Source: Calditrichia bacterium (GTDB lineage: Bacteria > Calditrichota > Calditrichia > JAJRVZ01). From it: a DNA stretch of 58,187 nucleotides. The position numbers and the translations under genes are program-made. The notes below the pieces were generated by a model that was not told the origin of the DNA, searched no databases, and saw only the letters and a program-made list of their open reading frames with translations. Positions 39,833 to 48,584 of this stretch are shown here, one piece after another (position 1 is the first letter of the stretch; each line of letters opens with the position of its first letter). The stretch covers positions 1 to 58,187 of the forward strand of contig JAGLYF010000239.1 of assembly GCA_023132435.1 (NCBI GenBank). The letters are read 5' to 3'.

Positions 39833-40597
39833 ATGCGAAAATTTGTAATAGCCGGTAATTGGAAAATGTATAAAACCAATGCTGAAGCCGAACAATTAAC
39901 TGAAGCGATAAAAGGTAAAACGACATCGATAGAGAAAACACAAATTATTATTTGTCCCCCTGCGACGGCTTTGGAAACTGTCTCTTCGATCGTCAAGGAC
40001 TGTGAAATTGCTGTAGGCGCCCAGAATATGTATTGGGAAAGCCAGGGAGCATTTACCGGGGAAATCTCCAGTGAAATGATCAAATCCACCGGTGCTACCT
40101 ATGTGATCATTGGACATTCGGAGAGAAGACAGTATTTTTACGATACTGATGAAACTGTAAATAAAAAGACATTATACGCTCTGCAAACTAATTTAAATCC
40201 GATTATTTGTATCGGAGAAAGTCTTGAGCAAAGAGAAGAAGGAATAACTAAAGATATTCTCAATGATCAATTAGAAGGTGCTTTAAAGAGTATCTCTGCC
40301 GAACAAATGATCCGGCTAATTATAGCTTATGAACCGATCTGGGCGATTGGAACCGGGAAAACCGCTACGCCTGAACAGGCCCAGGATGTACATGCGTTTA
40401 TCAGGACGAAATTACAGTCACTATTTAATGCGGCAACCAGCAACTCAGTGATCTTGCAATACGGGGGAAGCGTAAAACCGACGAATGCTTACGACCTGCT
40501 AAAACAAAATGATATAGATGGTGCCCTGGTCGGTGGTGCCTGTTTAGAAGCTGAATCCTTTTCAGAAATCATAAAAGCAGCGGAGAGTCTTTCCTAA
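39833..40597 (+). CDS. tpiA: Triose-phosphate isomerase
   Basis: AGNWKM, GHSERR, AYEPIWAIGTG, YGGSV. Confidence 0.98.
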   Translation: MRKFVIAGNWKMYKTNAEAEQLTEAIKGKTTSIEKTQIIICPPATALETVSSIVKDCEIAVGAQNMYWESQGAFTGEISSEMIKSTGATYVIIGHSERRQYFYDTDETVNKKTLYALQTNLNPIICIGESLEQREEGITKDILNDQLEGALKSISAEQMIRLIIAYEPIWAIGTGKTATPEQAQDVHAFIRTKLQSLFNAATSNSVILQYGGSVKPTNAYDLLKQNDIDGALVGGACLEAESFSEIIKAAESLS

Positions 40598-40610
40598 AAG
40601 GCAAAAAATA

Positions 40611-40639
40611 TTGATATAACGTTTATTCATCGTTAAATT
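40611..40639 (+). promoter_or_regulatory. Putative sigma70-type promoter of secG-tRNA
   Basis: TTGATA-17 nt-TAAATT. Confidence 0.45.
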
Positions 40640-40666
40640 TATAAGCTTTAAATAATGGAGATATAA

Positions 40667-41008
40667 ATGTATACGTTTTTGTTAATATTGTTCGTGTTAG
40701 TATGTTTTGCACTGGTGGTTGTAATTCTCCTTCAGGCGGGTAAAGGTCAGGGATTAGCAGGTACATTCGGTGGTCCCGGGGCTGGCGCTGTTTTTGGTGG
40801 AAGGGGAGCTGCAACATTTTTGAGTAAGTCAACAGGTATCCTGGCTACTATTTATCTTGCACTCTGCTTGCTTATCGGGTATGTATACAAATCCCAGAAC
40901 GAAGTGCAAAGAGATAGTTTGATACAGCAGGAGGTACAACAGGAAGCCCCGGTCTCGGCAGTGCCTTTGGCGCCGATTGGAACAACACCCACTGACACAA
41001 CACAATAA
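40667..41008 (+). CDS. secG: Preprotein translocase subunit SecG
   Basis: Two TMs, LLQ.GKG.GL...FGG motif, after tpiA. Confidence 0.95.
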   Translation: MYTFLLILFVLVCFALVVVILLQAGKGQGLAGTFGGPGAGAVFGGRGAATFLSKSTGILATIYLALCLLIGYVYKSQNEVQRDSLIQQEVQQEAPVSAVPLAPIGTTPTDTTQ

Positions 41009-41011
41009 TAA

Positions 41012-41096
41012 GCTGGAGTGGTGGAACCTGGTAGACACGCTATCTTGAGGGGGTAGTGCCCACGCGGGTGTGCGGGTTCAAGTCCCGCCTCCAGCA
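41012..41096 (+). tRNA. tRNA-Leu(GAG)
   Basis: Acceptor stem GCTGGAG/CTCCAGC, anticodon arm CTATC-TTGAGGG-GGTAG, long variable arm, GGTTCAAGTCC T-arm; CCA not encoded. Confidence 0.95.
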
Positions 41097-41101
41097 CTAA
41101 T

Positions 41102-41139
41102 AAAAACAAGGGTTTACAGCAACTGTAAATCCTTTTTTT
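41102..41139 (+). terminator. Hairpin/terminator after tRNA
   Basis: AAGGGTTTACAG-CAA-CTGTAAATCCTT followed by T run. Confidence 0.7.
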
Positions 41140-41162
41140 ATGCCTAAGAACCTACCGTATTT

Positions 41163-41192
41163 TGTGTCCTTTGTGTCCATAAATGTGTCCAT
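41163..41192 (+). repeat. Three TGTGTCC direct repeats, putative integrase arm-type sites
   Basis: TGTGTCC at 41163, 41172 and 41184 between tRNA and integrase. Confidence 0.6.
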
Positions 41193-41366
41193 ACCCATTT
41201 TTAATGAAAATCTTGTGAAAATCGGAACTAAGTAGCGTTTGAAAAGTGTAATGACTGGCTTAAGGAATACAAAATTCCCTTCAGAAATTCCCCTCACTTT
41301 CCTTATTCCGGTATTACTTTATCAAGATATTTTTAATATTCAAACCCATTGAATACGGGAGGTTTT

Positions 41367-42473
41367 ATGGCTTGCTTGGAAAAGCGAAATAAAAATTTAT
41401 ATCGACTTCGCTGGATTGAAAATGGTGAGCGGAAACAAAAAACATTTACGGCGGACAGCTATAAAGATGCTCTGGATAGTAAGCATCAGAAAGAAGAAGA
41501 ATTGCTGAGAATGAAAAGCAGCAATTTGCGATTGACAGAGATTTGGCATTTATATAAGCAAGCCCGACCAAGAAGAAATAATGAGAAACACGAAGAAGCA
41601 TTTATTAAAAGAGCAATTGAATTCTTCTCGGATTGTTTTTTATATGAAATCACGGAAAAATCCATTAACGAATATAAAATATGGTTACTGAAACAGACCA
41701 ATAAAAATTACAAAAAGAAAAAGGTGTTACTGTCTTCAACATATGCCAATGCCTGCCTAAAGAAATTGCAGGCGCTTTGGAATTTTGGCAGACAGCAAAG
41801 ATTAATAAATCGTGAGAACGATATATTTCTTGAATTTAAATTTCCGCCAGAGAACAAAAGGGAATTTGTTTTATCTCCACGAGAATTTAACCATCTATAT
41901 GAAACAACAAAAAATGAAAATCCTCTATATGCTGAATTTATGAAGCTGCTTATCCAAACGGGATGGAGAAGGGGAGAATTAGCGAAATTGCAATGGAAAG
42001 ATATTTATGATAAACACATTGTTCTGCGCAGCACAAAAGGTAAAGGGCAGGATGATTATTATCCATATTTCAGCTTTGTCAAAAGCACATTACAAAGGAT
42101 ATTTAAATTACAGAAGCGACATTCAAAATATATTTGGGCTGATGAAAAGGGCAGGCGTTTAGCCCAAGTAACAATAACCCGAATGGTTTCAAGATATATG
42201 AAAAAAGCAGGCTTTCCTGAAGGAGCAGCACACACTCTGAGGCATTCGTTTGCCACCAATGCACAGGCAAACGGATTAACCATATACGAAGCCAATTTGC
42301 TTTTACGGCAAAGCTCAATAAGAATGACCGAAAGATATACTCACCTAATTCCTGACCAAATTGATGAACGAAAGGTTGATTTCTTGAGGCGAGAAGAACC
42401 GACTTATGATATTAACAATGAAAAATATATGCCATATCCTTTTGCACCAAATATATTCCAGTCGGTAGAATAA
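41367..42473 (+). CDS. Phage-type tyrosine recombinase/integrase
   Basis: TGWRRGEL (R), TKG (K), HTLRHSFA (HxxR), MTERY (Y); SAM-like N-terminal domain; GGAGG before ATG 41367. Confidence 0.92.
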   Translation: MACLEKRNKNLYRLRWIENGERKQKTFTADSYKDALDSKHQKEEELLRMKSSNLRLTEIWHLYKQARPRRNNEKHEEAFIKRAIEFFSDCFLYEITEKSINEYKIWLLKQTNKNYKKKKVLLSSTYANACLKKLQALWNFGRQQRLINRENDIFLEFKFPPENKREFVLSPREFNHLYETTKNENPLYAEFMKLLIQTGWRRGELAKLQWKDIYDKHIVLRSTKGKGQDDYYPYFSFVKSTLQRIFKLQKRHSKYIWADEKGRRLAQVTITRMVSRYMKKAGFPEGAAHTLRHSFATNAQANGLTIYEANLLLRQSSIRMTERYTHLIPDQIDERKVDFLRREEPTYDINNEKYMPYPFAPNIFQSVE

Positions 42474-42528
42474 AAATAACATTTATGTTATACCCCCTAC
42501 TTTAGATCAATAATTTCATCAAGAATAT

Positions 42529-43128
42529 TTGAAATTTGATCCAAATTTTCGGCAAATCCCCGGTCTGTCTCAACCTTATAAATGGAAAAAACCAAAACGA
42601 ATATTTGTAAATTCAATGTCTGATATGTTCCACGATGATATTCCTGATGATTTTATTCAGCAGGTATTTGCCACAATGAATGAAACACCCCAGCATAATT
42701 ACCAAATACTGACCAAACGGTCGCAAAACATGTTAAACCTTTCCAAAGACCTGCTATGGACGGACAACATATGGATGGGCGTCACGGTCGAAAATGCAAA
42801 TTATGTTGACTGTATCGACCACCTTCGCCAGACAAATGCCAACATTAAATTCATTTGTTTTGAACCATTATTGGGCCCAATTAATAATTTAGATTTATCA
42901 GACATAGATTGGGCAATACTTGGCGGTGAATCCGGAATAAACGCACGACCAATGGAGAAAGAATGGGCTATTGATATAAAAAATCAAAGTGTTGGTAATA
43001 GAATACCGTTCTTTTTCAAGCAATGGGGCGGAAGAGACCGCCAGAAAGGCGGCCGAATAATGGAAGGCAGGACATGGGATGAGTATCCCCACGATTACAA
43101 AGCAGAAAAAATAAACGAATTCTTTTGA
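42529..43128 (+). pseudogene. N-terminally truncated DUF5131 (phage Gp37/Gp68) protein
   Basis: IFVNSMSDMFH, QILTKR, NIWMGVTVE, EPLLG, GGESG, FFFKQWGG; the usual WNP..GC...C..C radical-SAM N-terminus is missing and an in-frame TAA lies at 42511. Confidence 0.75.
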
Positions 43129-43279
43129 AAATGATGTCGATTTTTATATTTCCAGCTATTTATAAGTGTGTCATACATTAAATCTAAACCTTAAAACACC
43201 ATTTTAAAACCAGAACATTTAAAATATTTTTATCAAAATACAGCAAAGGATTGGGGCAACCATTGACTTGTTTCATGGC

Positions 43280-43326
43280 AATAGCCGACGGCCTTTTTAT
43301 CCTAATCCTTTCAGCCGTCGGCTATT
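43280..43326. promoter_or_regulatory. 13-bp inverted repeat in polymerase leader
   Basis: AATAGCCGACGGC...GCCGTCGGCTATT just upstream of the RBS. Confidence 0.55.
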
Positions 43327-43346
43327 TGTTTGAACGGAGAAATGCA

Positions 43347-44648
43347 ATGCAGCTTTATTTACCGGAAACGATTGACCTGACAAGAATTGACGACAAGAAG
43401 GCTTTCTTCTGCGATTATATTTATACTTACAGCTTCAGTCATAAAGAACAGCTGGCCGCAAAAAATAATAAAAATGGAATGTCTGGGGATATGATTGATG
43501 GATATAATTTGGGTGATTATAATTTTAAATTTTCTAATTATAGTTGTTCTAATTTAAATTTTTATAATAGCTCTTATTCTAATGTGGTTCATTCAGATCC
43601 AGTCCCCATTTATAGCCAGTATATGCGTTCTATTATTTCTGTTCACGATTACGGACGTGTTAAAACCGAGCTTATAAACGATGGTATAATAACCTGCGAT
43701 TGGTCATATAGCAATTTTGATGGTAATAAGAAAACCATGAGCTATTCATTGGTCGAACCACATTGCTATGCTTCCCCTACCATATATGAAATTCAAGGTA
43801 AACGTTTCATAGATAAATTGCATAGCATTAATCAATACTGGAGAAATAATTTGTCACCTCTGGAGAAAGCATTAGAAGCCAAATTATATGAAATTGAATT
43901 TGACGAAAAGGCTGCACACCAATTTTTACAGACAGAAGAATATGAAACCCCGGCAGCCCGAATAGCCCGTGAAAATACAATAAACATTATGTCCACGAAG
44001 AACCAGCTAAAATATAATTTAAGGCGAAGCCAAAAAGTGGGTCGGATTTTCACACCCGTGACCAGTTCTCCCAAAGACATGCGACAATTTTTTCAATATG
44101 ATGAACCATTGGTTGAAGTTGATATTTCTTGCGCCCTGCCTTTGCTGTTTAACAAATATTTGCTGAATGAAAACGCACCTGATGTTCAATTATACAGATG
44201 GCTAACGAGCGACGAAGGTGAAATTGATTTGTATGAATACTTAGGAACAGAAGTATGGCAAGAAGAATTTCCAATATGGAATGATGAAGTAAGAGACCAT
44301 ATAAAGATTTTAACGATGGTAATATTCTTCGGAAAACAAAATACCATTCGGGATCTACGGAGGAAATTTGAGCAGGAATTTCCAACGGTTAGCCGAGTGA
44401 TGAAAGAATTAAAAAAGAAAAATTATAAAATATTAGCGGAGGTATTAATGAAAGAAGAAAGTAATTTAATAATTGATGAAGTAAGTAAAGAAATACTTGA
44501 GGTCGAACCATATCGGCTATTATTAACAATTCACGACGCAATGATTGTACCTGAATCGTTTAGTGATGATGTGAAAAGGCGAATAATTAAAGCTGTTGAA
44601 AGACGGATAAATTTGACACCGAAGGTGAAAAATAAACGAATCAATTAA
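43347..44648 (+). CDS. Stand-alone family-A/T7-like polymerase palm protein (TV-Pol-like)
   Basis: GRIF, motif A VEVDISCA.P, motif B R.HIK...FFG, motif C LTIHDA; no exonuclease domains; GGAG before ATG 43347. Confidence 0.75.
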   Translation: MQLYLPETIDLTRIDDKKAFFCDYIYTYSFSHKEQLAAKNNKNGMSGDMIDGYNLGDYNFKFSNYSCSNLNFYNSSYSNVVHSDPVPIYSQYMRSIISVHDYGRVKTELINDGIITCDWSYSNFDGNKKTMSYSLVEPHCYASPTIYEIQGKRFIDKLHSINQYWRNNLSPLEKALEAKLYEIEFDEKAAHQFLQTEEYETPAARIARENTINIMSTKNQLKYNLRRSQKVGRIFTPVTSSPKDMRQFFQYDEPLVEVDISCALPLLFNKYLLNENAPDVQLYRWLTSDEGEIDLYEYLGTEVWQEEFPIWNDEVRDHIKILTMVIFFGKQNTIRDLRRKFEQEFPTVSRVMKELKKKNYKILAEVLMKEESNLIIDEVSKEILEVEPYRLLLTIHDAMIVPESFSDDVKRRIIKAVERRINLTPKVKNKRIN

Positions 44649-44699
44649 TGCTCAGTAATTACATGAGGTTAAAAAAATATAAAGGATTAGGAGAAAATT

Positions 44700-45395
44700 A
44701 TGAAACGAGGATTAGTAAGAACAACAAAATTAATTGAGAAATATGCCCCAGAAAGGCATTACAATTTTAATACCTACGACCAATATACAAACATTCAGGT
44801 TTGCAGCTCAAATGCCCTTCCAGAACACAAAAAGGTAAGTCCCATGAAATTGGGGCCCATTATTACCGGTGACCCTGATTTTCCGGAATGCAAAATAATG
44901 GAAAATTATTGGCAGTGGATGAAGGTACATAAATGTGAGGTGATATCATTACCACCGAAGAACAAAAACCTCACAAAATTCTTTAATTATCCCGATTTTG
45001 ATGATTCCCCCAATGAGGAATATTTCCAGAATCGGAAAAAATGGTTTACCACAACAAAGGCTGATTTAGATAGAATGCGAGAAGATAAAAAGAACCGACA
45101 AAATTTTATGTACTGCTGGTATGATGGCCAGAAGATTTATGATTATGTAACATGCCGAAAAGCATTTTACTGCCTTGTATATGCTCAATATGTTCAGGAT
45201 GAAGCAGCATATCAATTAATAAAGCAGCGGTTGGATAGTGGTGAAAATTTATGTTTGACAGGCTGGGACGCTTTTGAATGGTCAGAAGAAGCCGACCCTA
45301 ATTGCGTGGAAATAAAGGAAGTATTAAATGATAAGAATAAAGTATTCGGACATGAAATGGTTCTTGCGTCAATGCTAATGGGGAATCATATTTGA
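44700..45395 (+). CDS. Hypothetical protein, DUF6939/NADAR-like
   Basis: VSP..LGP, MENYWQ..KV, Y...RK..Y...Y, FGH..VLA; AGGAG RBS; family call is tentative. Confidence 0.5.
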   Translation: MKRGLVRTTKLIEKYAPERHYNFNTYDQYTNIQVCSSNALPEHKKVSPMKLGPIITGDPDFPECKIMENYWQWMKVHKCEVISLPPKNKNLTKFFNYPDFDDSPNEEYFQNRKKWFTTTKADLDRMREDKKNRQNFMYCWYDGQKIYDYVTCRKAFYCLVYAQYVQDEAAYQLIKQRLDSGENLCLTGWDAFEWSEEADPNCVEIKEVLNDKNKVFGHEMVLASMLMGNHI

Positions 45396-45401
45396 GAATA
45401 A

Positions 45402-45528
45402 TTGAAAATACGCCAACGTCCACCCATGTTTTAAAAAGTAATACATTCTTACGATTTACGGCAATTGACCGGCACAGGATTGAACGTGTGCCGATTTTGG
45501 CAAAGTCTTGCGGTGAGTTGCAAAGCAA
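45402..45528. repeat. ~127-bp dispersed repeat, copy A
   Basis: Close match to 55898-56024. Confidence 0.85.
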
Positions 45529-45631
45529 ATACCAGCACGAAGTATTGGCTTAGGATGTTGGTAATTTGTGTGTTATTCTGTTTCACGCAACAGTTCTATG
45601 CCTTGTTTCGTTAGGTGATAAAAATTGTAAT

Positions 45632-46117
45632 TCAAAATTGTCCCGGAAATGATTCAGATGTATTAATTATTTTCCAAGCGCCATTACGATATACGTATAG
45701 CGTTGTATATGTACCAATCATCTTTTCCTCAACTCCCGAATTCAACGTCGCATCCCAATCGAATCTCTGAGTAACAATTACCGTATTTCGGTTAATAACG
45801 TCAATATATCGCTCAATTGTCTTTGCCTCAGCTCTTGTGTAAATGACCGTATGTGCTTTGACTGTATCAGAAAAGGCATTCCATGAACGTGCAATAAAGC
45901 CATTAGCGGCAAATGTATATTCCTCACTATTCAGGTAGTAGCCTAAGTATCGATCATATTCTTGATTATTCCATGATTCAAATAGCTCGTTTGATAATCT
46001 TTCAATTTCTTGCCTGATTGCACTTTTTTCGGTTTCTGTTAATAATGCTTCATGGTCTTGACATGAGAATAATGTGGACAAAATTGAGAGAACTACACAA
46101 ATTCTTAATACTATCAT
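45632..46117 (-). CDS. Lipoprotein with NTF2/SnoaL-like domain (gene cassette 1)
   Basis: Lipobox LFSC, C-terminal GAWKII; bounded by GTTAGGT/ACCTAAC core sites; GGAG before ATG 46117. Confidence 0.75.
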   Translation of the reverse strand: MIVLRICVVLSILSTLFSCQDHEALLTETEKSAIRQEIERLSNELFESWNNQEYDRYLGYYLNSEEYTFAANGFIARSWNAFSDTVKAHTVIYTRAEAKTIERYIDVINRNTVIVTQRFDWDATLNSGVEEKMIGTYTTLYVYRNGAWKIINTSESFPGQF

Positions 46118-46483
46118 TTTTCTCTCCACGTTTATACCTAAATTTTTAGCACCTAACATTAATTCGGCGGACGAAACGCCCTGTTATAATAAGTGTAATT
46201 ATAACTGAAATTTATGGTACTTCTTGGAAATATAGTATGCGACATAGCACTTTTAGGCGGAAGTAATGCAATATAAAACCGTGTCATTGGATACAGTCCT
46301 ATAGTAAATGACTATCCAAATCAAAAATATCAAAAAAAACTGTCATGTCAAATAAAAATTTGTCAAAATTAACTGAACGATATATCAAGTAACTATCCCG
46401 AATAAGTCGCCCAACATTGAGATACATTGATAATAATATAAAATAATCATCTGAAAGCAAAGAAAATATTTTAGTTTCGAAAT

Positions 46484-46546
46484 ATAAAAGCGGTTGAAAA
46501 AAGAATTAATTTAACACCGAAGGTGAAGAGTGAAAGGGTAAATTAA
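46484..46546 (+). pseudogene. Remnant 3' end of a second polymerase gene copy
   Basis: Translates IKAVEKRINLTPKVKSERVN* versus IKAVERRINLTPKVKNKRIN* at 44586-44648. Confidence 0.75.
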
Positions 46547-46705
46547 AAGATCAACTTATAGCCGGAAGGTTCCGTTAATTTTCTTTATTTTTTTGACGGC
46601 GACTACTTCAACTAATGAGTCAAAGAACGAAATACGAAAAAATGTAATTTTATCGTAATAGGATACTATTTTCTCTTGACTTTGAAGGACATGTATATGA
46701 TAGAC
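46547..46705. repeat. Inter-cassette ~250-bp repeat, partial copy 1
   Basis: Matches the right part of 48249-48497; ends GGACATGTATATGATAGAC. Confidence 0.8.
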
Positions 46706-47493
46706 TATTTATTTATTTGTTCCCAACCTGATGCTAAAATCCAATGTTCAAATTTTAAGTGTTTTCTTATATTAGTATCAACACGTATTAGCAGACCAAA
46801 ATTATTGTTTTCTTTAATGTATTTAACAATTTTAGGATCAGGTTCCATTAATTTTGGTGTGGAGTGAATTGGTTTAAAACCAATTACATAAATTATTTCA
46901 TCTGATTTATCTTCTAGAAGTTCAACAAACATCCCAATCTTATCCATGACAATTCCAAAAGCGATGGAGCCAGTAAATCTTTCGAGAATAACATGAAGAT
47001 GTTCAAAATTGACATTATTTGTATGGTAATAAAATGATTTTAAATAAATATGAATTAACGAATCATCGATAGATTTAATCTTCGAGCTTTCCCAATCAAC
47101 TGTAAATATAGATTTTATTTTATGGCTTGAGGGGATAACAATATTGTTATCGGTTGAAAATAGAAAATAACCCATTGGATACTTAGTTTTTAAACTGTCA
47201 TAATCTATTATTATGTTAAGGTGCATTCTTTCTAGCATGAAAAGCATTTTGTTCTGTTGTTCAAGAGTCGCAACTTCAGATTGAAGGCTTATTAAGTTCT
47301 CTTGGAGTGAATTAATATATTGATCATTTGAGTATACCACTACGATATTTACTATAACTGCAATGGCGATAACAAACATTAATATTATTCTAGTATTCTT
47401 GTATCGTTTTGTTCTTCTATCGGGCCAAAAATGATCTAAAACAAGTGTTAAAAATGCTATAAAACCAAGAAAGATTGGTAAAAGAATACTCAT
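46705..47493 (-). CDS. Hypothetical membrane protein (gene cassette 2)
   Basis: Two N-terminal TMs and coiled coil; GAGGAG RBS; GTTAGAC core site upstream. Confidence 0.7.
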   Translation of the reverse strand: MSILLPIFLGFIAFLTLVLDHFWPDRRTKRYKNTRIILMFVIAIAVIVNIVVVYSNDQYINSLQENLISLQSEVATLEQQNKMLFMLERMHLNIIIDYDSLKTKYPMGYFLFSTDNNIVIPSSHKIKSIFTVDWESSKIKSIDDSLIHIYLKSFYYHTNNVNFEHLHVILERFTGSIAFGIVMDKIGMFVELLEDKSDEIIYVIGFKPIHSTPKLMEPDPKIVKYIKENNNFGLLIRVDTNIRKHLKFEHWILASGWEQINK

Positions 47494-47511
47494 CTTTTCT
47501 CCTCAAAAAAA

Positions 47512-47740
47512 GTCTAACATATAAGCGAGCGAAATGAATTCTTAAATCAAGGTCAACTTCAGTACAATTAGATTAACTTTTCTGCCATCACTTAACAAGT
47601 ATAATTTATTAATTTTTAATTGATCCGGCGATTTTCTTTAATTTTGAGTGCGACTCAAAGAACAAAACTCAAAAAAATGTAAATTTATCGTGATGGAATA
47701 TTATTTTCTGTTGAGTTAATAAGGCAAATACATGCTATGT
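47512..47740. repeat. Inter-cassette ~250-bp repeat, copy 2
   Basis: Starts GTCTAACATATAAG; aligns with 48249-48497 with a 16-bp internal deletion and a degenerate right end. Confidence 0.85.
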
Positions 47741-47777
47741 ACAATTTTAGATAATATAACCATTTCCAAATATAACT

Positions 47778-48206
47778 TTAATGCAAACGTACACAGCTTA
47801 AAACTTCGTCTTGAGATGTTCTAATATCAAGAATTCTATCTATTTCTACCCCAGAAGAATCGGTTGATAAATTTACTTCAGATTGGGGAGGTAGGGTTTC
47901 TATACAGGCATAACATAATAATTCCGCAGTGACATTATCACAACTAGAATTTATGCGTTCGACTAGTATATTTAAATTTTCTCCGTGACCAAACTTGTCA
48001 CCAGAGATTTTATCAGGATGTAAATCGGAAAGCAATTTTGTGATTTCTGAACAGACAATTTTTGAATCCGTATTAATTATCCCAAGTTGTAGATTATCAC
48101 AATTTGGTTGGTCGAAATCAGTATCGAAAATCTTTTTACATGTTGAAATATAGCAACAGAGAATGAGTGTAATTATGAGTGTCAATTTTTTATTCTGACT
48201 AAACAT
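47778..48206 (-). CDS. Cys-containing putative lipoprotein (gene cassette 3)
   Basis: Signal peptide ending STC, CYACIET.PPQSE motif; GGAGG RBS. Confidence 0.7.
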   Translation of the reverse strand: MFSQNKKLTLIITLILCCYISTCKKIFDTDFDQPNCDNLQLGIINTDSKIVCSEITKLLSDLHPDKISGDKFGHGENLNILVERINSSCDNVTAELLCYACIETLPPQSEVNLSTDSSGVEIDRILDIRTSQDEVLSCVRLH

Positions 48207-48248
48207 AAATCCTCCAAATCACAAAGGACTTTCATCATATCATCATGC

Positions 48249-48497
48249 ACCTAACATATAAGTAAATGAGATGAGTCTTTATATCAAAATCAACCGCATT
48301 ACAATTAGATTAACTTTTCAGATATCATTTCACAAGTAAGTATTTTATAAATTTTCAATTGATCCGCCGATATTCTTTATTTTTGGTGGCGACTAGTTCA
48401 ACTATTGAGTCAAAGAACAAAATAACGAAAAAATTTATTTTATATCGTAATGGAATACTATTTTCTGTTGAGTTTAAAGGACATGTGTATGTTAGGT
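48249..48497. repeat. Inter-cassette 249-bp repeat, complete copy 3, with terminal inverted core sites
   Basis: ACCTAACATA...TATGTTAGGT, 10-bp terminal inverted repeat. Confidence 0.85.
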
Positions 48498-48584
48498 AAA
48501 GTTGCGGACTTATTGCCGCTTGTGATCATTTTTGGCCTTCAAACTTTGGTTTTATTTTAAATAATATACAACTTTTTATGCTCC

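Noticed and set aside
40852-41109. 85-aa minus-strand ORF
   Set aside because: Antisense shadow of the tRNA and secG
41367-42473. Integrase as the integron integrase IntI
   Set aside because: No IntI-specific insertion is evident before HxxR; tRNA-adjacent position and arm repeats fit a phage-type Int
43347-44648. Reverse transcriptase (retron/DGR)
   Set aside because: No YxDD motif; motifs fit the family-A palm (HD in motif C)
45298-45528. 76-aa minus-strand ORF over the 127-bp repeat
   Set aside because: Overlaps the 231-aa gene; differences between repeat copies are mostly non-synonymous
45579-45594. parS site (TGTTTCACGCAACAG)
   Set aside because: Only the left half matches TGTTTCACGTGAAACA; not palindromic
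46547-48497. CRISPR array
   Set aside because: Repeats are ~250 bp and separated by whole genes; no cas genes
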